Part shown: positions 27,601-38,000 of the stretch, piece after piece
Numbering within the stretch: position 1 is the stretch's first letter
Layout of the letters: each line of letters opens with the position of its first letter
From: Zygnema circumcarinatum SAG 698-1b
Taxonomy: Eukaryota > Plantae > Zygnematophyceae
NCBI GenBank assembly: GCA_037447605.1
Contig: CM074821.1
Location: 992,001 to 1,056,000, forward strand
DNA: 64,000 bases
Direction: 5' to 3'
The notes under the pieces: model-generated
Seen by the model: only the letters and a program-made list of their open reading frames with translations
Databases searched by the model: none
Told to the model about the DNA's origin: nothing
Position numbers and translations under genes: made by a program

Positions 27601-30568
27601 GAAATTAGGGGCACACCCAGTCATGTAAAGTATTTCAGGAGAAGAGCTGCCCTACGTTTCAAGAGAGTCATGGATTGACAAAAGATTCCCAAAACTAAAG
27701 CTTAAGGAGGTAAGACCCCCCAAAAAACAAACGTAAATCTGCATGTGCGACATATGGGCACAGTAGTAGTGCCGAGTGCCCCTATTAATGGAAACCCGAG
27801 GTTAACATTCCTGATATTTCGCCAAGACCCTCCTTTCGGATTTCATTGCACTCACAGACATAAACTTAGAATTAGCAAACTTCCTAGGTAGCACTAGCGA
27901 TGTCTACCAGTAAAAGGAGGCGGGGTTCCTCTATTCATTGAACCAAAACTCTAGCCAAGAAACGTGAAGGGAAGGAAGGAAGAATGCATGCACTCACGGA
28001 GGATATTCACTATCCCCTAGCGTATAGATAATATTGGGGGTGGGGTCTGGAAAAGCTGATCGAATCTCCGAGTCAACCTGCACAGCCCCATTCAGCATAG
28101 CTTTGGAGGTTTGGTATTGCCATAGAATACTAAAGAAGTGGATACATATGAGATGGTCATCTGCCTGTTCAAAAAGTAAAGCAACACTGCTCCACAAGCC
28201 ATAGGCTGGAAGCATTTCCCGAACTTCCCATTATTAGCATGAAGTTATACAATCAAAAAACGAAGAGAAAGCAGGAGTAATGGAAAACATCAATTACGCA
28301 AAAAGGAGCTGGAAAGACTCAGGCATTTTTTACGTTCATTCAGAAACGTTCGGCATGAAAAAGGCACCTGCATGAGGACTTGCAGGGTGCTATTGCTGTT
28401 AGAAAGGTTAAAGGCAGTCATATCTCCGGTGACGAGGATAAAGTCGGGATCTCGTGCAAGTCGTGCCATTTCTTGAAGTCCTGTTCTCAGTAGACCTATG
28501 GGACTGCTCCCACAAAAAAATTGGAATGCAAAAAATTACGTGAGGGCATCCTACCTCAAAAATTGGAATCAACATAAACGTTCAAGCGCAGCCCAGGGTT
28601 TCAGGTGAACGTCAGTACAATTTAATACCTTAGCTCATCGATAAGAGTAAGGAACAACGGACATTCAGCAGGTAAGCCCTCTGGCTGTTTTCTAAGCTGC
28701 ATCTACGACTTAATCTAGACAAACATAACACGCATTATCTCCAGTCTGCACCAATGTAAGCATTCATGAAAATGCGAGCCTCATGAGACAGGTCAACCCA
28801 TTGTCCCTTAATGTGCCTGGAACTCAAAGCAGACAAATAAATAAATCTCCTCGTTTCCTAAAATTTCACTGCTGCTATTGACAGACGTAAACGTAGACTC
28901 CAATCGTGAAAACCTCCCTTGCATCAGGCTCGCAGAATAACTGCATTCTCTGCCACTAAAAAACAAACAGATGCTAAAGGAGGCCGAACTAACCAACTTA
29001 CGAGCAAGATTTCCAACAAATGTATCTGAAGGGGCTCTCCATCAAACACATTCAATGACAAACCCACTCTCCTGTACCTCCTTCCTTGAAGAGAGCCACT
29101 TTTTCATGTTCAAGTGAGAAACAAAAGTACCTATCGCATCCGTATTGGCCCATTGGTTCACTGCTTGCTGTAAGGTCGCCCCGACAGCTCGTCTTCGGAC
29201 TCGCATTGACCCTGTAACATGCAGGTTTCCCACATAACAAACATTAACATCAATAAAAAAAAATGCAGGTAAAACATAGAGACTCACTAAAATGATGAGT
29301 ATCGGAGTACAAGAATAGATGCCCACAGCTTTGACGAATAGGACTTTCACATCGTCAACTTACAACAAAGTGAAATCTTGAAATCCGACCACCCCGGATG
29401 AGCATGCAATGCAATGCATTATGCTTCGCCCTCACCATCCTCTCAAACCACAGGTTCCTTATTTTATATTCATGCTAATGTATTCAGTCTGAATATCTGC
29501 CTGGTTTGCGTCCCAGTGGAACTCGAAATGAGTGATTGGGAGGGTAAGGAATGATGAACCATGCTCCGTCTCTCCCCATCCATGGCCTGTTGTTTTGCAT
29601 ACATTCCTTTCCATAGGTACTGCTATTACCAAAACAAGGATTTGAAGGAGAAAGAATAGAATCGACCGTGAGAGAAGAAAATTCCTAAGGTAAGGAGCTA
29701 ATGAGGTAAGAAACCAGAGCGAGACACAGCACTTCACGCTACGCTAAGTGAATCTCCATCCGCCTTACGCTTATGTTAAAATTTCTAGTCAAAAGCTATT
29801 CGACTTCACATGTCAAACATAGTTTTCGCCCACTCTTTAGTGCATGACTTTTCTGAACACGGATTAGTTCAGGTTTTGAGGATGCTCTCACCTATACAAG
29901 GGGTCCACATGTAGATCCGACAAATGGAAAAATACGCCAGTCTCATTATCCTCGTAATTCTCCACAATATTGAAACAAAACACGAGGGTTGCGATCATTG
30001 CCCCCAAGCAAACTAAGGAGAACACCATCAAAGGAACCACCCACTCATTGATACGCGAACCCTCTTGCTCCTTGCAAGAGCTCTGCCGCCTCACTCCCCT
30101 CCGAAAATCCATGGCTGCCAGGGCCCCTGCTTCTGCGCTCCTTTGCGGCTTCAGCAAAGGCTCCATCATATCATTTTCTGCCTGCGGTGTTTCAAGCAGA
30201 GGAGGAGGGGGAGGGCTGATGGTTCGAGAAAACGATGACGACCTGCTCATTGAAGTGGGAACATTTGCACGGTATTCTCGCTGCGGAGTGTGGAAGAATG
30301 GAGAATTTGAAGGAGGAGAAATATTTGCTGGCAAGTCAGGCCGGGCCTTCTGCTCCTCCCTCTCACCGCTCCCTGTCTCGCTCGCGGTTTCAGGTCTCTC
30401 ATGAATATGCAGTGACATCGGAGGCGAAGGGGAGTCATCTGGAAGAGGGGAAAGCCTTCTTGAATAAGAAGAGAAAGCCCTAATTTCTGGACTGCTCTCG
30501 CTTCTGCGAAAGGCACCTCGAGCGCCGCCGTGGAAGGCCGGCGACCGCGGAGGTTTTGGTGACGTCAT
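24630..30568 (-). CDS. Acid sphingomyelinase-like (SMPDL3/Ppn1-type calcineurin-like) metallophosphoesterase with N-terminal membrane anchor; 11 exons, ~767 aa; non-canonical active site
   Basis: Minus-strand exons 30568-29892, 29211-29131, 28503-28368, 28077-27998, 27341-27263, 27023-26990, 26890-26790, 26502-26413, 26215-25484, 25242-25131, 24811-24630; all GT-AG and in phase, total 2304 nt. Motifs FHLSDLHVDPLY, GQYGCDSP, PDFILVTGD, GGYF, VLNTVLY, DPAGQLAWLE, IAGHRPPG, APSLSP..NKPSFR, WGMEY..YGL, and a C-terminal Cys pattern. Confidence 0.9.
24900..25068. repeat. (CT)n-rich intronic simple repeat containing a 10-N gap
   Basis: Direct reading; lies in the last intron of the minus-strand phosphoesterase gene. 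Confidence 0.9.
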
Positions 30569-30889
30569 GACCTGATGATGTGAATCTGAACCCTAGTTCC
30601 TACGCCTTGTGAAGGCAGTGCGCATCCTGCAATTCAGCAGCAGTGTTTGGGGGAATGATCAGCCAAAACATGTGATCAGGAAGCTCTGATGAGGTCCCTG
30701 TTTGCCCCTTAAATTATTCATCCGTCATATCGAAGATCCCCTGCATCAGTAGTGGCAATATCTGAGTTTAATTGCTCCAAATCCTCACCTTATTGACGGC
30801 TCCAAGAGGCTCCGAGTGCTGCTTCAGGGCTTCCCTCCAGAGGACTGCACAGAGCGTGTCAGCTGCCGGAAGTCAGCACTACAGTGAGG

Positions 30890-31700
30890 TCGCTATCCGT
30901 ACAATTCGTACAATTGGTGCCCGTACATTACCGTACTTGCGGTCACATGGAATCAAATCGTTCAGATATTTCAGTGAAAGCGTAAAAATAAGACACAAGG
31001 AAACGCGAGAAGCATTGTAAAAATATCCAGAATCGACGGTTCGCAATGACTCTTATTCTGATCGGACGGCTGTCGTGGTCCGTCAGACTGGACCAGTGAG
31101 TGCTTTTTTTTTTCTTTTACCTTTCAGGGTTGTCTTCAAGCGACGGCGGTACGGCCGACATCTGGACCACTCCATCGGACGGCTGCAATTTGCGGAAATC
31201 GACCCAGAATATTCGTGTTCGTACGATAGAACGCGATCATTGGAATATTGTCCGTAGCGAACGGACCTGTAGCGCCCAAACCCCTGTTGTAGCGCCATAG
31301 TGATATGAATCAGCTGTAGTCTCACATCGTCCAATGGGAAATCACCACGCCACAGAATGTGTACATGTGTCGCATTCCCATTCGTTTTTGCCGACAAAAG
31401 CTTGCTACAACCGCCTTTTTGTCGGTGCGGTGTGCCCCAGAGCCCGGTCGATCCCGACAAAAAAGCAGGGCTGAGCTGGCGCCCGCCCAGGGCTTCTGTG
31501 GCCTCTGATTGGCCGAAATCGCTCGTGGCTCAATCGGGAAGCAGATAGGGACCTCGCACGTGGTCCAGAAGACAACAAATTGCACCGACTTCTGAACGTA
31601 CTGTACACCTGCAACTAGGGATGGTACGGGCCGTACATGACCCGCCACACGAGCGGACGGTTTCATGTGCCAAGAGACGGCAGTCTGTACCGAGAAACAT
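30890..31700. promoter_or_regulatory. Divergent (head-to-head) promoter region shared by the phosphoesterase (-) and FGGY kinase (+) genes
   Basis: The two ATGs (30568 and 31976/32015) are ~1.4 kb apart. Four CGTAC cores occur within 30897-30939 (ccgtacaattcgtacaattggtgcccgtacattaccgtacttg), with more at ~31149, 31219, 31596, 31624-31636; cacgtg at ~31557. Confidence 0.5.
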
Positions 31701-32014
31701 TGCAGTAACTTCAACTAAAAGCATAGATGTCACGGGTTCTCATATATATGACGGATTCCCATTTGCTGGCGGTGAAGTTCTAAGAAAAGTGCTTGCAGGT
31801 TTGCTTCTTCAGTAGGGAATAGCTTCACTCCAGGCGGCATCTCCCTCCTGCAGATTGGCCACTTTTAGGGTTTGGCGCTTCTCCTGATGGTTCTGCAAGA
31901 GAGGGACTGTATGGCGGCGCACAAAATTGCGCTGCAGCCATAGACAGTGAGCTGTGAGAGAGTCGTTGCAGGGTTATGGAGTACAGGAATGCAAGGGTGC
32001 GAGCTGCTGTAGCC

Positions 32015-35000
32015 ATGGGGGATAGGGGGAGCGGCTCTGAGCGCCATGCCGGGCAGACGACATTCGTGGGAGTGGACGTCGGCACGTCTAGTGCACGTGC
32101 AGGTGCGTGGGACGAGGCGTGCGTCTAAGAGAGGAGGGACGGAGGGCGGGGGTCGGGGAAGGTGTGGAAAGGGAGAGGGAGAGGGAGAGGGAGAGGGAGA
32201 GGGCGAGGGCGAGGGAGAGGGAGAGGGCGAGGNNNNNNNNNNGGAGGGGGAGTGGATGAGTGTAGAGAGAGAGAGTGAGATTCAAGTGCAGAGGCAGAAA
32301 CAGAGAGATCGGAGGAGGGAGAAGGAGGTGAAGAGAAGGAGAGGGGAATTATGAGAAGCGAGGAGGGGGAGAGACAGGTGGGAGAGAAAGGGATTGGAAG
32401 AGTTTCGCTTTTGGGCGATAAAGAGAAGAAGAATTCTGACTGAATCGAGCATCATGCGCTCGTAGGGTTAACATTAGGGTTGAAACCGCTTGTTTGCTGC
32501 CTTAATGAAGATTTGAAATCTGGGTTCGTCAACAAATATGGGATGAGAATTTGAGGCAGGCCTTTTTTAAACGTTGTAGATGGGCATTTTCAAACGGCTT
32601 CTCCGTTGATTACAATTTCTCAGAAAAGATTAACACCCACTACTGCATGAGAGGGGCCCAGGTCTGGGTAGGAAGTTAACATTTTATTTAGTCTAAGACT
32701 TATGACGCTTATTGCGATGACTTCTGTACTTTCTCTATGAAAGATTCCTGCACACAATCACGCGAAGTCTGTTTCTTATTGCATCACCTTTGGTTGTTGG
32801 TCTTACATTCTTCATTTGTGGGATCATTATGAACTATGACAAAATGGTTGCATGATCTTGTAGAGCAAAGTTGTGTTAGGTTGAACAACTTGGTGGTCGA
32901 GCAAAGTTATGAAGCATGGGCCTCACTGAACCTCAAAAGCATTTTGCTCGGCTGCAGACATGAGAAATAGCGGAATCTCGTAGGATGAAAATCGTATTGT
33001 AGTTTAATATAGTGAGGCTGGTGGTGGCAGGTGTATTTGATGAGGAAGGCCACCTAATTGGCCACAGCAGTTGCCCTATTCAGATGTGGAAGGAAGCGGG
33101 CTGCATTGAGGTGAATTCATCTGCTTTCAGCTTCTCTTATGCAATGTTGTCTGCTACTACTCGTTGTACATTTCCTTCACAGAGCTATATGTATGGCATA
33201 TTGGAGCATGTTTATGGAGCCGTATGCTTTGCTGTCATCATTGGAGAGGAAGGGGGGATCCTGAAAGATAGGCTGTGAGACTCCAAGTCTACTGATCTTC
33301 ATTTACATCCATAGCCAAGAAAGAATATTAAAAGGAATGCTACCTTATGAAAGAAGCTAGCTATTTCTTTGGTTGAAGACTTGAAATCTGTGGAAAAGTG
33401 TGCGTGTTTCCAGGCCCTTATCGTCTTCTTTGCTGCAGTTCTGAGTTCCGTGGCAGCTTTCTGCAGCAATCATCTACCGACATCTGGCATGCCATCTGCT
33501 CGGCAGTGCATGGTGCATGCCGCTTTGCGGGAGTGCAGGCGGAGGATGTGAAAGGCATCGGGTTTGACGCCACGTGTAGCCTCGGTACAGTACTAATGCT
33601 TTATTAATGCCTTTCCCTTATTGTTTAAAGAATGAATAGCTGCAAACAGTTGTTTTTTTCGCGCTATTGGTATTAGGGATGACCCGGTTAATAAAGTTGG
33701 ACTTCATTAGTTACTTTATAATACTTTAAAACAGCTATTAAAGTTTAAAGTTTTAGACTTTGTTAACTTTATTATACCGTTTGAATTGAACAATTAAATA
33801 TCCGTACGACTGTATAGCTGTATATCCAGAAGACCGAACATCCGTCATCCCTATCGCCGTGCATTCGTACAGTCGTACAACAGTTAATGAAGTTAATAAA
33901 GTTATAATATTAATGGCCGGACTTTACAACCCTAAAAGTATAACATTAATATAATAAAAGTATTAATACGGCCATCCCTAAATGGTACTACGATCAATCC
34001 GAAGCTGAGTTTGAAGGAGTTACTACTCTGCTGACCTGTGTTAATTTTTGGTTTTGATTGTTCTAGCAGTCTTGTCTCACAACATCTGATTTTGGCTGTT
34101 CTATGTGCTTGTGTGGAAACAGTTGCGTTGGGGTCCGACGATCAGCCTGTAACTGTGTCCCATTCCGGTGATACACGACGGAACGTAATCGTATGGATGG
34201 ATCATAGAGCAGTGCAGCAGGCCGACCGAATCAACGCTTCAGATTCGCCAGTTTTGCAGTTTGTGGGAGGCAGAATCTCACCAGAAATGCAGCCTCCCAA
34301 GGTGGGCAGGGCAGACAACTGATGGGAAGGTCTGAGTAGGGGATACGAGTAGTGGTGATTTAGCATTTTACATAAAAGAAACTTGAGTCTGAAATGTGCA
34401 TTAAGCCTAGGGATCACCTACATCTGTTTCTTTTGGAGGGGTAATGGTGGAATTATATTGCAACTTGCGCAGCTTCTTTGGGTGAAGGAGAACCTTCCAG
34501 ACTCATGGACTCTTGCGTTCAGATGGATGGACCTTGGAGACTTCTTAACCTACAGGTAAAGTTTTCCTCTCCAAACACTCCTCACACCTCCCTCTCTCTC
34601 TCTCCCTCTCACTCTCTATGTCCCTCACTACGACCGCACACAACACACACAGCACAACTGCTATCCAACCCCTTAAGGGAAAGCTTACACTTAACTAAAT
34701 TACAGTCCCCAATTTGCGTGACATCAAAATCCAACAAAGTGTTGTATATCTATATATCCTGGACAAAGTGGAGACCCGAAAACCTGCTATCTTTCATACA
34801 ATCCTAAGAAGTTTTTGAAGGTCTTTTTTTATCTCTTTATAGAGCCACTGGAGACGATACCCGCAGCCTATGCACAACCGTCTGCAAATGGACCTATCTC
34901 GGCCATGCCCATGCGGGCCATGTGGGGGAGGAGGGAGCCATGGCCATGGAGGCCCTCGGATGGGATGGAGTTTTCTGGGAGGAGATAGGCTTGGGAGATG

Positions 35001-38000
35001 TGGTGGAGGGAGCCTTCTCCAAGATAGGTTTGGACCCGTCTCCATGGCGATTTCATTGTTGTAGAGGAGCTGAAGGAAAGAGGGGGAGGCGGGGGAGGAG
35101 GTGTAGGAGGAAGGGGAGGAGGGTTAGGGAGGGAGGGCCTTTGTGGGAGGTGTGAGGGAGGGAGGTGAGGAGGGGAAAGAGGTGGAGGAAGTAGAGGAGG
35201 GGGAGGGGAGGGAGAAGAGGTGGAGGAGGTGGTGGAGGGGGAGGGATGGAGGGAGGGAGGGAGGGAGGGAGGGTCTTTGTGGGAGTTGTGAGGGAGGGAG
35301 GTGAGGGGGATGGAGAGGTGGAGGATGTGCAGGAGGGAGAGGGGGGAGGGTCTTAGTGGGAGATGTGAGGGAGGCAGGTGAGAGGGATGGGGAGAAGGGA
35401 TATGAAGTTAAGCCCTGCTTCTTCCTCACAGACTTTCGGCGGTTTTATTTGTCAGGAAGAAGTGTGGCTGTTCCCGGCTATGCGCTGGGTTCAGGGCTCA
35501 CATTTTCAGCAGCTCAGGTCCGGCCCAACCCTAAGTTAACCCTAAGTTTTTTGCGAGCTCTGAATTGATGAATATACTTCAGACCTTCACTTCGGAATGG
35601 AAGAATGTTGTTTGCATTCCGGAAGGTTTTGTAGAATGTCGTTTCCTTTACGGAAGGATTTTTTTGGAAATTGTTATGGGGGATGGGTCAATCATGCAGG
35701 GCTTTTTGAGTCTTGGAGTTTTACTCAACTTAGGTTTTGTTGAAATATCGGTTTAGGTCTTCGTGTTTGATAGCAACATTTGGAATTTGGCGTTTTCTGG
35801 ACTTTGTCGGTTTCTTCAGGAGCTGGGCCTCATGCCGGGGACACCTGTCAGCACGGCATTGATCGATGCGCATGCAGGAGGGGTGGGAACAATGGAAAGT
35901 GTTCCTCGGAATATTCCCAAAACAAAGAATTTGCAAAAAGCAAAGGCGAAAGAAAACGATGAAGATGATGAAATTGATGACAATGGCGGTGCAAGCGGGA
36001 AGGGAGAGAGGGAGACAAGCGGCCGGAGGAGGGGTTCTGTGGGAGAGGAGGGAGAGAGAGGGGTAGCGTTGGAGAAGGAGAGGGAGAGGGAGAGGGAGGA
36101 GGAGTGGGAGGAGGTTAGTGTGGAAGTAGATGATGAGGAAGCTGTGACTCAGCGTCTTGTTCTTGTTTGCGGAACATCTAGTTGCCACATGGCAGTCTCA
36201 AAAGAGAAAATTTTCGTGCCGGGAGTTTGGGGCCCCTACTGGTCAGGTAATACTTTTTATAACTTTCATTATTGGAAAGGCTTTCTCTTAATTCTATTAT
36301 CTAATTTGTTTCAGAGATCTGCATCTCGATTTGATTCAAAGGATGCATTATGAGAACTTGAGAAAACCAGAATCGAGACCCCCTGTGAAACCCTAAACCC
36401 TGCATTTTTTGCGAAAATTTATATTTGTGTTCCTTAACACGTAAACTGAAACTAAGTTCTGGGCTAATTTTCTAAAAAATTGACAGTGTGTTGTTTGATT
36501 CTTAACCTGAAACTAAAAAATGGGCTCAAATTTCTGGCTGAGGTGGCAGCGATGATCCCCAACCTGTGGCTGACCGAGGGAGGGCAGAGCGCGACCGGAG
36601 CCTTGCTGGACCACCTGCTCAACGGACACGTGGCAGCAGAGGGGCTGGCGAACCGAGCAGCGGCCATGGGTGAGGATTCCTTTTGCCTTCGAGAGGGAGG
36701 GTGGGGTGGTGGAGAGGAGGGGAGGGGGGAGGGGGGGAGGAGGAGAGGAGGGAAGGGGGGAGAGGGGAGGGTGGAAGGGGGAGGGGGGAAAGGTGGAGGG
36801 TGGAGGGGGGAGGGGGAGAGGGTGGAGGGGGGAGGGGGGGAGGAGGAGAGGAGGGAAGGGGGGAGAGGGGAGGGTGGAAGGGGGGAGGGGGGAAAGGTGG
36901 AGGGTGGAGGGGGGAGGGGGAGAGGGTGGAGGGGGAGGGGGGAGGAGGAGAGGAGGAAGGGGAGAGGGGAGGGTGGAAGGGGGAGGGGGAAAGGTGGAGG
37001 GTGGAGGGGGGAGGGGGAGAGGGTGGAGGGGGAGGGGGGAGGAGGAGAGGAGGAAGGGGAGGGAGGGTGGAAGGGGGAGGGGGAAGGTGGAGGGTGGAGG
37101 GGAGAGGGGGAGGGGGAGGGGGGGAGGAGGAGAGGAGGAGGGAAGGGGGAGGGAGGGTGGAAGGGGGAGGGGGAAAGGTGGAGGGTGGAGGGGGAGGAGG
37201 GTGGAGGGGGGAGGGGGGAGGAGGAGAGGAGGGAAGGGGGAGAGGAGGGTGGAAGGGGGAGGGGGAAAGGTGGAGGGTGGAGGGGGGAGGGGGAGAGGGT
37301 GGAGGGGGGAGGGGGGGAGGAGGAGAGGAGGGAAGGGGGGAGAGGGGAGGGTGGAAGGGGGAGGGGGAAAGGTGGAGGATGGAGGGGGAGGGGGGAGGGG
37401 GCAGGGGGAGGGGGGGTGGTGGAGGGTGGAGGGGGAGAGTGGAGGGGGAAGGGTGGAGGGAGGAGAGGTGGAGGGGGAGGGGGGAGGGGGGAGGAGGGGA
37501 GGGGGGAGGGGGGAGAGGGAGAGGGGAGAGGGGAGAGGGGAGAGGGGAGAGGGGAGAGGGAAGAGGGAAGAGGGGGGAGAGGGAGAGGGAGGAGGAGGGA
37601 AGGGGAGGGTGGAGGGAGGAGGGAGGGTGGAGGGTGGAGGGAGGAGGGAGGGTGGAGGGGGAGGAGGGGAGGGTGGAGGGGGGGAGGGTGGAGGAAGGAG
37701 GGGTGGAGGGGAGGGGGAGGAGGAGAGGAGGAGGGTGGAAGGGGGAGGGGGGGAAAGGTGGAGGTGGAGGGGGAGGGGGAGGGGGAGAGGGTGGAGGGGG
37801 GAGGGGGGGAGGAGGAGAGGAGGGAAGGGGGGAGAGGGGAGGGTGGAAGGGGGGAGGGGGGAAAGGTGGAGGGTGGAGGGGGGGAGGGGGAGAGGGTGGA
37901 GGGGGAGGGGGAGGAGGAGGAGGGAAGGGGGAGAGGAGGGTGGAAGGGGGAGGGGGAAAGGTGGAGGGTGGAGGGGGAGGGGGAGAGGTGGAGGGGGAGG

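Noticed and set aside
29459-29737. Minus-strand ORF as a candidate extra phosphoesterase exon
   Set aside because: Exon 1 (ends 29892) joins exon 29211-29131 in phase and gives the expected DPLY...YGCD spacing without it.
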